A stretch of 64,000 nucleotides of DNA from the NCBI GenBank assembly GCA_041082215.1, contig JBDOIF010000154.1, positions 1-64,000 of the forward strand, read 5' to 3'. The stretch is from Anaerolineae bacterium. Lineage in GTDB: Bacteria > Chloroflexota > Anaerolineae > B4-G1 > DUEL01. Position 1 is the stretch's first letter; every line of letters begins with the position of its first letter. The translations under genes and the position numbers were made by a program. Of the stretch, positions 20,101 to 29,457 are shown piece after piece. Under the pieces are notes generated by a model, which ran no database searches, was not told the DNA's origin, and worked only from the letters and a program-made list of their open reading frames with translations.

Positions 20101-22695
20101 TTATAGTACAGACACCGGATCCACATCCACATGCCACCCCATCGGCACCCCCACCGCCCGCAGGAAGGCGGGGGGGTCGGCGTGGCGGAGGATGAGCTGC
20201 CATCGGTAACGCCCCCGGATGCGGGCAAAAAAGGCCGGCGCCGGACCGATGAGGTCGGTGGGGGGGAGACCTTCCCGCGCAAGCCCTGCCCGGAGCCGCT
20301 CCGCCAGGTTGTGGGCTGCCACCTCCGCCCGGCGGGGGTCCCGGTTGAAGTAAAGGAGCCGGGCCATCCGCACGTAGGGCGGGTAGTCCACCCGTCGCCG
20401 GAAGCCCAGCTCTTCCCGGGCGAATTCCTCGTAGTTGTGGTGCTCCACGGCGCGGATCGCGTAATGGTCGGGGTGGTAGGTCTGGACCACCACCCGTCCT
20501 CCCTGTAGCCCCCGCCCCGCCCTTCCGGCCACCTGCTCCAGGAGCTGGAAGGTCCGTTCGGCGGCGCGGAAGTCGGGCAGGTTGAGCGCCGTGTCGGCGG
20601 AGATGACCCCCACCACCGTCACCAGGGGCAGGTCCAGCCCCTTGGCGATCATCTGGGTCCCGATCAGCACGTCTGCCCGACCGTCGGAGAATTGCTGGAG
20701 GATGGACCAGTGGACATCGGCTGTGCGGGCGGTGTCCCGGTCCCAGCGCAGCGTCCGGGCCTGGGGCCATCGCTCCCGCACCGCCGCTTCCAGCCCTTCC
20801 GTCCCCAGGCCGAAGTGGCGGATGCGGCGTCCACCGCAGTGGGGGCAGTCGGACGGCGGCGGTTCCCGGTGGCCGCAGTAGTGGCAGATCAGGAGGGGCG
20901 GGGCTCGCCTCGCCCCGGCGTCGCCGTGAAGGGTCAACGGAGTGTCGCAGTGGGGGCAGCGGGCCACATAGCCGCAACCCCGGCAGAGGACACAGGTCGC
21001 CCGGCCCCGCCGGTTGAGGAAGAGGATCGCCTGCTCCCCCCGCTCCAGCGCCTCATCCAGCACCCCCTGGAGCAGCCGGCTGAAGATGGACCGGTTCCCC
21101 GCCCTCAACTCCGCCCGCATGTCCACCACCGTTACCGGCGGGAGGGGGAGGTAGCGAGCCTGGGGCGGCCCTTCTCTCAGGGGGCGGTAGCTGAGCTGGG
21201 GGATATGGTAGACCGTCTGGAGGTCGGCCAGCCTCCTGGCGTGGCCCAGGATGCGGCGGCCCAGTGTCAGCAGGTGGAACTCCCCCCGCTGTGCCCGCAG
21301 GTAGGATTCCAGGCTGGGGGTCGCCGAGCCGAGGATCACCGTCGCGCCGGTCTGTCGGGCCAGCTCCAGCGCCGCCTCGCGGGCGTGGTAGGCGGGGCGG
21401 AGTTGCTGCTTGTACGAGGCGTCATGCTCCTCGTCCAGCACGATCAGCCCCAGCGGAGAGAGGGGGGTGAAAAGGGCGGAGCGGGGTCCGATGACCACGT
21501 CCACCCGTCCGGCGCGCGCCTGCCGCCAGACGTCGTACCGCTGCCCTTCGGTCAACTGGCTGTGGATAACAGTCACCCGGCCGGGGAAGCGGCCGGCGAA
21601 CCGGGCCACGGTCTGCGGGGTGAGGCTGATCTCCGGCACCAGGACGATGGCCTTTCGTCCCTGGGCCAGCACCTCCGCCACCGCCCGCAGGTAGAGCTCC
21701 GTCTTGCCGGAACAGGTGACGCCGTGGAGGAGGAAGATTGCAGATTGCAGGTTGCAGATTGCGGGCCGGATTTCGGCCCATGCGGCTTCCTGGTCCGGGG
21801 TGAGGGGGAGCGGCCCGGTGGGGAGGAAGACCTTCCCCTCCAGCGGGTCACGCCACCTCTCCTCCATCCCGAGCGCGATCAGCCCCCGCTCCTCCAATCG
21901 GTTCAGGTGGGAGCGGTTACAGCCGGTGCGGGCGTAGACCCAGCTCACATCTACCGGCTTTCCCTCCGCCCGCAGGAACTCGACGACGGCCCGGTAGAGG
22001 GGGGAGCGCAATCCCCTCAGGCCCGCTTCAACATCCGCGCCGGGTAGCAGCAGGGCGGTGATGACCTGCCGGGGGTGGGCGCGGGGTGGGGTGAGGATGG
22101 GGGTGCGGGTCAGAACCCCCAGGCGGACGAGCCGTTCGACGGCCGACCGCCAGTCGGTGCGGGGGAAGGCCCGGTCTATCTGGGCGCCCGTCAGCGGCCC
22201 ACGACGGCGCAGGAGGTCCATCAGATGGCGTTCCAGGGGGCTGATAGGGGCGACACGTGCGTCGCCCCGGGTAGGGGCGACAGGCGCATCGCCCCGGGTA
22301 CGGGCGATGTGCACATCGCCCCTACCGGCGGCATCGGGGGCCAGGGCCAGCCGCATATCGGCCTGTCCGACGATGCCAGGGGGGAGCATCAGAAGCAGGC
22401 ACTCGTGCAGAGGGGCCAGTGTCTCCCGGCTCATCCACCGGGCTAGCTCCAGTTGGGCCGGCGTCACCACCGGCTCGGGGTCCACCAGCGACGCCACCGG
22501 CCGGGTTTCTGCCACTGCCGGCTGCTCGGGCCGCTCGACCACGACGGCGTAGAGGGGGCGGGTGCGAAAGGGAACCGTCACCAGGGAGCCGACCTGGACC
22601 CGGCCTGCCAGCTCCTCTGGCAGGTGGTAGTCGAAGAGGGGCTCTTCCCCATCCCTGCGATAGACGGGGGAAAGGACGACGACCCGGACGAACAT
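20101..22695 (-). CDS. priA: Primosomal protein N' (replication restart helicase)
   Basis: LLHGVTCSGKTE, VPEISLTPQ, DEEHD, SATPS, four CxxC, GTQMIAKGLD, QVAGRAGR. Confidence 0.95.
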   Translation of the reverse strand: MFVRVVVLSPVYRRDGEEPLFDYHLPEELAGRVQVGSLVTVPFRTRPLYAVVVERPEQPAVAETRPVASLVDPEPVVTPAQLELARWMSRETLAPLHECLLLMLPPGIVGQADMRLALAPDAAGRGDVHIARTRGDAPVAPTRGDARVAPISPLERHLMDLLRRRGPLTGAQIDRAFPRTDWRSAVERLVRLGVLTRTPILTPPRAHPRQVITALLLPGADVEAGLRGLRSPLYRAVVEFLRAEGKPVDVSWVYARTGCNRSHLNRLEERGLIALGMEERWRDPLEGKVFLPTGPLPLTPDQEAAWAEIRPAICNLQSAIFLLHGVTCSGKTELYLRAVAEVLAQGRKAIVLVPEISLTPQTVARFAGRFPGRVTVIHSQLTEGQRYDVWRQARAGRVDVVIGPRSALFTPLSPLGLIVLDEEHDASYKQQLRPAYHAREAALELARQTGATVILGSATPSLESYLRAQRGEFHLLTLGRRILGHARRLADLQTVYHIPQLSYRPLREGPPQARYLPLPPVTVVDMRAELRAGNRSIFSRLLQGVLDEALERGEQAILFLNRRGRATCVLCRGCGYVARCPHCDTPLTLHGDAGARRAPPLLICHYCGHREPPPSDCPHCGGRRIRHFGLGTEGLEAAVRERWPQARTLRWDRDTARTADVHWSILQQFSDGRADVLIGTQMIAKGLDLPLVTVVGVISADTALNLPDFRAAERTFQLLEQVAGRAGRGLQGGRVVVQTYHPDHYAIRAVEHHNYEEFAREELGFRRRVDYPPYVRMARLLYFNRDPRRAEVAAHNLAERLRAGLAREGLPPTDLIGPAPAFFARIRGRYRWQLILRHADPPAFLRAVGVPMGWHVDVDPVSVL
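22244..22325. repeat. Three 27-nt REP-like palindromes in frame inside priA
   Basis: (G/A)TA(G/C)GGGCGA..TCGCCCC units ending in CCTAC; encode GRGDVHIAR-TRGDAPVAP-TRGDARVAP. Confidence 0.85.
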
Positions 22696-22757
22696 AGTTC
22701 AGAGTGCAGGATGCGGGGTGCGGGCAGGAGGTTGTGGGTTTACACTTGATTGTGCTC

Positions 22758-23963
22758 TCATCGCCCTTCCATCAGCTCCCGGTAGATGCTCACCAACTGC
22801 CGGCCAGCCCGCTCCCAGGAGAAGTGGCGGGCCGCCCGACGGCGGAGCCCTTCCCCCAGCGCCCGTCGCAGCTCCGGCTGCTCGATCAGCGCCTGGATGG
22901 AGTCGGCCAGGGCGGCCGGGTCGCCGGCTGGCCGGGCATACACCCCCAGCGAACCCAGATACTCCCGGCTCACCGGTGTGTCGAAGGCGACGGTAGGCAG
23001 CCCCATCGCCATATAATTCAGAATTTTGCCGCTCCCCTCGGTGGCGGAGAGCTTGGGCGCCACGGCCAGGTCCCCAAGGGCCAGATAGGCGGGGGCTTCC
23101 TCGTAAGGAACCTTGCCGGTGAAGACCACCCGGTCCGCCACGCCCAGTTCGGCGGCCATCTGCCGGTAGTGCTCGACGCCGGGGAACCCCATCACCAGAA
23201 GGTGGGCCGGAATTCCCCGCTCTTTGAGGATGCGGGCGGCCTGCAGGAGGTGGGGAGTGCCCTGGTAGTCGGCCAGAAGCCCCAGATAGACGATGACGGG
23301 GCCATCCGCCGGAAGCCCCAGGGCGACCCGCCGGGCAACGATCTCCTCCCTGGTGAGCAGGCCGGGCCGGAAGAACTCCAGGTTGACGCAATCGGGCAAC
23401 GGGCGGACCTGGGCGGAATCGCAGCCGGAATACCGCTCCAGTTGCACCGCCCCCAACTGGGTGCTGGTGATGATCCGATCCGCCATGTGGTTGATGCGCT
23501 CCTCCAGGAGGCGGACCCAGCGGTACCACGGGCCGTGCGGGTTCAGGAAGCGGTGGTCCACCATCTCGGCGGTCAGGCTGCCCTGCCGGTCGAAGAGGAG
23601 GGGGAGGCGGCGGAGCCGCCCGATGACGGCACCGATCAGCGCGCCGTCGTAAAGATGGGCGTGGATCAGATCGAAGCGGCGGCGGAGGATCAGCCCCAGC
23701 ACCCGCCAGCCCAGGAAGAGGTCGAAGGCGAGTTTGTGAAGGCTGGAGCCGACCTCGTAGTCGGCCCGCCAGGGAGTGGGGCGGGTGCGCACGATCTCCA
23801 GGCCCGGCACGTCCCGCCCCAGATGGTAGGTGACGATGGTGACCCGGTGGCCCAGCCGCTGGAGAACCCGCGCCTCCTCCAGGATACGGACGTGGCAGCC
23901 GTAGTCAAGGAAGAAGGAGGTGGGAGCGATCATCAGGATGCGAAGGGGGCTTTCCAAGGACAC
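22758..23963 (-). CDS. GT4-family glycosyltransferase
   Basis: HAH, YLG.....QG, GKILNYMAMGLPTV, FSW. Confidence 0.88.
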   Translation of the reverse strand: MSLESPLRILMIAPTSFFLDYGCHVRILEEARVLQRLGHRVTIVTYHLGRDVPGLEIVRTRPTPWRADYEVGSSLHKLAFDLFLGWRVLGLILRRRFDLIHAHLYDGALIGAVIGRLRRLPLLFDRQGSLTAEMVDHRFLNPHGPWYRWVRLLEERINHMADRIITSTQLGAVQLERYSGCDSAQVRPLPDCVNLEFFRPGLLTREEIVARRVALGLPADGPVIVYLGLLADYQGTPHLLQAARILKERGIPAHLLVMGFPGVEHYRQMAAELGVADRVVFTGKVPYEEAPAYLALGDLAVAPKLSATEGSGKILNYMAMGLPTVAFDTPVSREYLGSLGVYARPAGDPAALADSIQALIEQPELRRALGEGLRRRAARHFSWERAGRQLVSIYRELMEGR

Positions 23964-23979
23964 GCCTCATCTGTCGTGG

Positions 23980-24975
23980 TTATTCCTCTCTCCTGGGAGG
24001 GCGTCGGCGCAGTAGCCCACCGAACAGAAACTGCCCAAACTGCTCCCCCGCGCTGGGGATCTCTGCCGGGCCCGGTCCCTCCTCCCACATCCCTCTGGCC
24101 CGCTCCCCAAGCCAGCGGGTACGCCCCTCCGCAGCACCTGCGCACGCTTCCTGCAGCGCTCCCTCATCCTCCTCCAGCAGCCATTGCCGGACCCGGCCCA
24201 GCTCTTCCAGGAACATATCCAGCCGACGGAGGAGGTTTGCCCGGTTGAGCAGCAGCTTTGTCCGGAGGTCTCCCGGATCGGCTCCGGCCGGGCGGGTGAC
24301 GGCGGCGAAATCGTAGCCCGCCACTTTACGCATATCTGCCCAGCCCGGGGAGCCCACCGTTGCCTGCAGGAGCGCGACGGCGATGATCCCGGGCAGGTCG
24401 CCGACGCCGGCCTGGAGACCATCGTACTCCAGCGGGTCGAGGAAAAGGGGGCGTGCCCCGAGGGTCTGGACCAGTTCCAGCAGCGTGGTCACCGCCTCAG
24501 GGGCGGTGTCGTGGGCGGGGGTGATGCAGTAGAGGCCGTCCTCGAACAGGTCGGCCCGGGCGGCCTCCGGCCCTGTGAGCGATTCCCCTTCGCCGACGGC
24601 CGGGCCGGGGACCGGCGCGCCGCTGATAAAGCGGATCCCTTCGGGCAGGTGGCGGCGGGCCCATTCCAGCACCGGCACTTTAAGGGTGGCGGTGTCGGTG
24701 ACCACACACCCCTTTTCCAGGTGAGGTCCCAGGACCGCAAGGGTGTCCCGCAGGGCGGGTAGGGGCAGGGCCAGGATAACCAGGCCAGCCCCCTCGCAGG
24801 CGGCAGGGAGATTCCAGTGGGTTTTGCTTACGGCCCCCATCTGCGCCGCCTTGTGGGCGACGGAGGAGTCTATGTCGTGCCCCATCACCTCCAGCGACGG
24901 CTCCTGTTGCCGCAGCGCCAGCCCGATGGAGCTGCCCACACAGCCCAAGCCGATAATCGTCACGCGACCTTCCAT
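23980..24975 (-). CDS. Prephenate/arogenate dehydrogenase family protein
   Basis: Rossmann motif IIGLGCVGSSIG, TDTATLK, FEDGLYCITP, F..VTR.A; catalytic His motifs appear divergent (GAP in place of GHP). Confidence 0.75.
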   Translation of the reverse strand: MEGRVTIIGLGCVGSSIGLALRQQEPSLEVMGHDIDSSVAHKAAQMGAVSKTHWNLPAACEGAGLVILALPLPALRDTLAVLGPHLEKGCVVTDTATLKVPVLEWARRHLPEGIRFISGAPVPGPAVGEGESLTGPEAARADLFEDGLYCITPAHDTAPEAVTTLLELVQTLGARPLFLDPLEYDGLQAGVGDLPGIIAVALLQATVGSPGWADMRKVAGYDFAAVTRPAGADPGDLRTKLLLNRANLLRRLDMFLEELGRVRQWLLEEDEGALQEACAGAAEGRTRWLGERARGMWEEGPGPAEIPSAGEQFGQFLFGGLLRRRPPRREE

Positions 24976-25004
24976 CCTACTCCCCTCTTGTGATCTCTCA
25001 CCTC

Positions 25005-25093
25005 GTAACACAGGCTGTTAGCCTGTGGCGCAGGCTGTTAGCCTGCGAAAAACAGGCCTGGCGGCCTGCGCTACGGTCTGGCGCCTGCGCTAC
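25005..25093. repeat. REP cluster (CAGGCTGTTAGCCTG / GCCTGCGCTAC type)
   Basis: Palindromic units; 25052-25074 is the exact reverse complement of 27799-27821. Confidence 0.8.
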
Positions 25094-25101
25094 GGTCGTT
25101 C

Positions 25102-25620
25102 CTACCGGGTCCCATCCGCTTCCTGCAGCAGCCGCAGAAGCGCTCTCCCCTCTTTGTCCAGCCCGTCCCCTGGCCCGTGGTGGTGGCGGATGAGGGCCAC
25201 GGTGAGGGGGGAACACCCCGCTTCGGCTGCCCACTCCGCACCGATCCCGGCGTGCTGCCGGTAGACTGCGAAGGGCCGTCGCCATCCTTTCGGTTCCCCC
25301 TCGCTCAGCCGTTCCAGCAGGCGGGGGGCAAACCGTTCCAGCAGGACAACCATCACCCGCAACCAGATAGACGGCGCAAGGGCCGCCTTTCCCACATCGT
25401 GCAATAGCGCCGCTGCCAGCAGGTCGGCGGGCACGTCTCCCCGCCCTGCCAGAGTCCTGTACACCTCCAGGCCGTGCTGCCGGTCGGCCGGAGACATCCG
25501 GCGGAAGAGCGCCTGCTGGGCGGGGGTCAATGCTCCTTCCACGCCCTGCGTATCCATTTCTGCCAGCGGCGCTGTCAGCGCGCGGAAGAACTGCCGCACC
25601 CGGTAGGCAGCACGTCCCAT
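25102..25620 (-). CDS. HD-domain protein
   Basis: DRQH, ALLHDVGK, IRHHH, EAD; start re-assigned to MGRAAYRVRQF (TGATG overlap with the upstream gene). Confidence 0.85.
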   Translation of the reverse strand: MGRAAYRVRQFFRALTAPLAEMDTQGVEGALTPAQQALFRRMSPADRQHGLEVYRTLAGRGDVPADLLAAALLHDVGKAALAPSIWLRVMVVLLERFAPRLLERLSEGEPKGWRRPFAVYRQHAGIGAEWAAEAGCSPLTVALIRHHHGPGDGLDKEGRALLRLLQEADGTR

Positions 25621-26270
25621 CACAGCCAGAAGAGGAGCAGCTCCAGTGGCCGCCAGACCAGGCCGAGCAGGAAGCCGATCACGTCCAGCCCCAGGTAGGG
25701 CAGGACGAAGAGGAGGCCCATCAGGATATACGGACTGTACGGTCGCAATGCCAGCAACCGGTCCCCCCACAGGGGCGGCAGCACACCAGCCAGCACCTTC
25801 TCTCCGTCCAGGGGATAGAAGGGCAGGAGGTTGAAAAGCGCCAGGCCGATACTGACCTGGGCGATGTTCCAGAGCAGGAGCGCGGGGGAGAGGGGGCTGG
25901 TGGCGGTGTAGAGGTCGCTCAATCTCATCAGCCCCAGCCGGAAGGGGATGGCGCACATCATCGCCACCAGCAGGTTGGAGGCCGGGCCGGCGAAAGCGCT
26001 GAGCGCCATCCCGGTCCTCGGCGCCACCCGCATTCGGAAGGGGCTTACCGGCACCGGCCGTGCCCAGCCGAAGCCGGTCAGGAGCAGCGCGATGCTGCCC
26101 AGGATGTCCAGGTGGGCCATCGGGTTCAGGCTGAGCCGGCCCTCCCAGCGGGGGGTCGGATCTCCCAGCCGGTCGGCGGACCAGGCGTGGGCCCATTCGT
26201 GGATGGGGAAGCCGACCAGCAGCACGATCAGCCGAGCCAGCAGTGTGGCGGGTGAAAGGCCAAAGGGCAT
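25620..26270 (-). CDS. Site-2 protease (M50) family membrane metalloprotease
   Basis: HEWAH, GFGWARPVP, AGPASN, FNLLP..PLDG. Confidence 0.92.
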   Translation of the reverse strand: MPFGLSPATLLARLIVLLVGFPIHEWAHAWSADRLGDPTPRWEGRLSLNPMAHLDILGSIALLLTGFGWARPVPVSPFRMRVAPRTGMALSAFAGPASNLLVAMMCAIPFRLGLMRLSDLYTATSPLSPALLLWNIAQVSIGLALFNLLPFYPLDGEKVLAGVLPPLWGDRLLALRPYSPYILMGLLFVLPYLGLDVIGFLLGLVWRPLELLLFWL

Positions 26271-26545
26271 TCTTACCTCTTTCGTAACTGCTCAGTCCGA
26301 TTGAAATCTCTCGCAGACTTTATGCGATTGGGTCGGTGAAGGCTGACCACCGGCCACAGGCCCAACACATTATAACACAAACTTCCCCTGTTCGAAACTT
26401 CGACACCTGAATGCCTTTCAACTGGCCTGTCCTATGTATCTATGTATTGCCGTTGATGGACAATGCGATATAATAATAAAAAGATAGGTCCAACTGGCCT
26501 GGACAGTTACAGCGGTGAGGGTGTATCTGGCCTCTGCAGTGTGAT

Positions 26546-27766
26546 ATGTTTGAAACACTGGCTTTTGCTCAAACCAAATTCTACCCACCGCACCTGCGCA
26601 GTGACCTTCTACCGCGCCTGCGCCTGGTCGCTGCGCTCGATCAGGCCGTCAAGGTGCACCCCTTCACCCTCCTCTCGGCCCCGGCTGGCTACGGCAAGAC
26701 GACACTGCTGGCACAGTGGATCGCGGATTGCGACTGGCAGATTGCCTGGCTTTCGCTGGATGAAGGCGACAACGACCTGACCCGTTTCCTGGCTGCTCTG
26801 TTCTATGCCTTGCAGACCGTGGGCCTTTCCTCCACCGCCGGGCAGGCAAACGGAGACTATCCGCATTACCTTGGCGGCGGGATGTACAACCGGGATGGCA
26901 GCCCGATGTTGCGCAACCTGATTTTCAGCGGCAACCTGGCTAATTATGCAACGGACGATATCGGTCTGGGCGGCGGGATGTACAATGATAACGGCAGCCC
27001 ATCGTTGACCAACGTCGTCTTCACCGGTAACTCATCGGCCTGGCTGGGCGGTGGGATGTGCAACGATGAGTCCAGCCACCCGACACTGACGGACGTCACG
27101 TTTCGCACGAACTCGGCCAGAGATGGCGGGGGGATGGCGAACGACGATGAAAGTCATCCGACACTGAACAATGTCGTTTTCACCGACAATGCCGCGTCCG
27201 CCTACGGCGGGGGGATGTTCAATGACTGGCGAAGCAGCCCGACGCTGACGGACGTCATTTTCAGCGACAACGAGGCCTATGATGGCGGCGGGATGTACAA
27301 CGATGACGCCAGCCATCCCACGCTGACGAATGTCACGTTCAGCGGCAACACAGCCGAGGCGGAAGGTGGCGGGATGAGCAATTACGACGGTTCCAATCCG
27401 GTGCTGACCAATGTCATTATGTGGGGCGACACTGCCTACACCGATCCGGAGATTGCCAACTACACCGGAAGTACACCCGTTGTCACCTACAGCGACATCC
27501 AGGGCGGTTACACCGGCACGGGCAACATCAACGCCGACCCGCGCTTTGTTCATGCCGCGAGCGGCAACCTGCGCCTGCAACCCGGCTCTCCCTGCATTGA
27601 CGCCGGGAACAACGCCGCCGTCCCCGCTGGTGTCACCACCGACCTGGACGGCAACCCGCGCATCGTGGACGGCAACGGCGACGGCAACGCCGTGGTGGAT
27701 ATGGGCGCGTACGAGGCACCGCAATCCAGGAAGATTTACCTGCCGCTGGTGCTGCGCAACCGTTGA
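26546..27766 (+). CDS. Chimeric ORF: MalT/LuxR-type NTPase N-terminus fused to beta-helix (GGGMYN) repeats and a choice-of-anchor-Q-like tail
   Basis: TKFYPP...APAGYGKTTLL...WLSLDEGDND for about 95 aa, then GGGM.N repeats, SPCIDAG, DLDGNPR, DMGAYE and IYLPLVLR. Confidence 0.75.
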   Translation: MFETLAFAQTKFYPPHLRSDLLPRLRLVAALDQAVKVHPFTLLSAPAGYGKTTLLAQWIADCDWQIAWLSLDEGDNDLTRFLAALFYALQTVGLSSTAGQANGDYPHYLGGGMYNRDGSPMLRNLIFSGNLANYATDDIGLGGGMYNDNGSPSLTNVVFTGNSSAWLGGGMCNDESSHPTLTDVTFRTNSARDGGGMANDDESHPTLNNVVFTDNAASAYGGGMFNDWRSSPTLTDVIFSDNEAYDGGGMYNDDASHPTLTNVTFSGNTAEAEGGGMSNYDGSNPVLTNVIMWGDTAYTDPEIANYTGSTPVVTYSDIQGGYTGTGNINADPRFVHAASGNLRLQPGSPCIDAGNNAAVPAGVTTDLDGNPRIVDGNGDGNAVVDMGAYEAPQSRKIYLPLVLRNR

Positions 27767-27798
27767 TCTTTCCCGGTCTCTCTTTCCTGGTGGGCCGC

Positions 27799-27844
27799 GT
27801 AGCGCAGGCCGCCAGGCCTGTTGGGACAGGCTAACAGCCTGCAC
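27799..27844. repeat. REP pair (GTAGCGCAGGC type)
   Basis: GTAGCGCAGGCCGCCAGGCCTGT followed by CAGGCTAACAGCCTG; inverted relative to the 25005-25093 cluster. Confidence 0.8.
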
Positions 27845-27879
27845 AAGGCGACACATCACACAAAATCAAGGAGTGTAAG

Positions 27880-29313
27880 ATGAGTAAAACGCGAGTCTCC
27901 GAACGACTGACAATAGCGGTGCTGTTGTTAAGCCTGTTGCCCCTCAGCCTGGGGTTACGGGCAGATGCCGCCGCGCCGCCCCAACCCGAGACGGCTCCGG
28001 GCCGACCTGTCATCCTGCGGATTGACCCCAACGCCTACTCCTACCACCTCCCCCCACCGCCTGAATTCTCCGCCCTGCACATCCAGAGCGCCACCTTCAA
28101 CGTCCAGTTCCTGACAGCCGGCCAGACCGATCCCTTTGGACAACCCTGCCTGAATTGGCCGGATAATGCCAAAAATGCCTACCTCTACGCCGCCAGTATT
28201 TGGGCTTCCCAGATTCATTCCACTGTCCCCATCCGGATCGTGGCCTGTTGGGCCAACCTCGGCAGCGGTGACATTCTGGGCTATGGTGGCGCCTTCGAGT
28301 ATTACAGAGATTTCCCGAACGCTCCCTATGCCAGTACCTGGTACGTGGTTGCTTTAGCTAACGCACTTTCCGGCTCGGACCAAAACGGCAATGATCCAGA
28401 GATTTTCACCACCTACAACACGAACTTCGACTGGTACTTCGGCACCGATGGGAAGCCGCCGTCGAACAAAGTGGACTTTGTCAGCGTGGTGCTTCACGAG
28501 ATCACCCACGGCCTGGGGTTCGGGGGGTCTATGGAAGTCTCCGGCGGTCTGGGCCGTTGGGGCGCGGGTACCCTCTATCCGGATATTTACGATCGCTTCA
28601 CGAAGGACGGGGCGGGCAATGCGCTGATCAACACCTCCGTCTACCCTAACCCTTCTGCGGCGCTGGCCTCGGCGCTGACCAGCAACAACGTCTGGTTTGA
28701 TGGCCCCAATGCGAACGCGGCCAACGGCGGCGGGCGGGTGAAGCTCTTTGCCCCGTCCACCTGGATGGAGGGTTCCAGTTATGTCCACCTGGACTATAAC
28801 ACCTACAGGGAGACACCCAACGCGCTGATGATCTATGCCCTCTCGCCCGGCACCTCCATCCACGATCCGGGGCCGGTCACGCGGGGCATCCTTAAGGATT
28901 TGGGCTGGCCGATGGGATCGCCCAATCTTGCACCGTCAACCAAGACTGTCGCTCCAGACCAGGCTAACGCTGGTCAGGTGGTCACCTTCACCGTCCGGCT
29001 GGTCAACAGTGGCGGGGTCAACACCACGGTACGCTTTACCGACACGTTGCCGGCTGCCCTCCAAATCCAGGGCACCCCAACAGCCAGTTCGGGCAATCCG
29101 CCCACGGTGAACGGCCAGACCATCACCTGGCAGGGCGTGGTGAGCGGTTCCAAAGTGGTGACCATCACCTACGCTGCCCAACTCACAGCGAAAGTGGTGG
29201 CGGTCAACCAGGCCCAGATTGACGACGGTCTGGGCAACATCTACGTCCGGCGGGCGCTGGTGAACGGGCTCAAGGTCTTCCTGCCGCTGACGTTGAAGAG
29301 CTACAGGCCCTGA
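27880..29313 (+). CDS. Secreted zinc metallopeptidase with a DUF11-like domain and a C-terminal VFLPL motif
   Basis: Signal peptide, LHEITHGLGF, GSSYVHLD, K.V.P..A..GQVVTFTV.L.NSG, KVFLPLTLK. Confidence 0.75.
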   Translation: MSKTRVSERLTIAVLLLSLLPLSLGLRADAAAPPQPETAPGRPVILRIDPNAYSYHLPPPPEFSALHIQSATFNVQFLTAGQTDPFGQPCLNWPDNAKNAYLYAASIWASQIHSTVPIRIVACWANLGSGDILGYGGAFEYYRDFPNAPYASTWYVVALANALSGSDQNGNDPEIFTTYNTNFDWYFGTDGKPPSNKVDFVSVVLHEITHGLGFGGSMEVSGGLGRWGAGTLYPDIYDRFTKDGAGNALINTSVYPNPSAALASALTSNNVWFDGPNANAANGGGRVKLFAPSTWMEGSSYVHLDYNTYRETPNALMIYALSPGTSIHDPGPVTRGILKDLGWPMGSPNLAPSTKTVAPDQANAGQVVTFTVRLVNSGGVNTTVRFTDTLPAALQIQGTPTASSGNPPTVNGQTITWQGVVSGSKVVTITYAAQLTAKVVAVNQAQIDDGLGNIYVRRALVNGLKVFLPLTLKSYRP

Positions 29314-29457
29314 CCGGTTGGGTTGGAGGGCTGAAGTTCGGAGTTGCTCCCCCTGTGAATCACAGTTGCCCTGTTCGAGACTCGCCGGCCCCCCTCCCTT
29401 GACAGAACGGCCGATTCCCGGCATCATGAGCCCACCGATGTCGGGAGGTGCGGGCCG

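Noticed and set aside
25102..26196. 364-aa version of the HD protein overlapping the M50 protease
   Set aside because: The extension is an alternative frame of the protease gene; a TGATG-coupled start lies at 25620.
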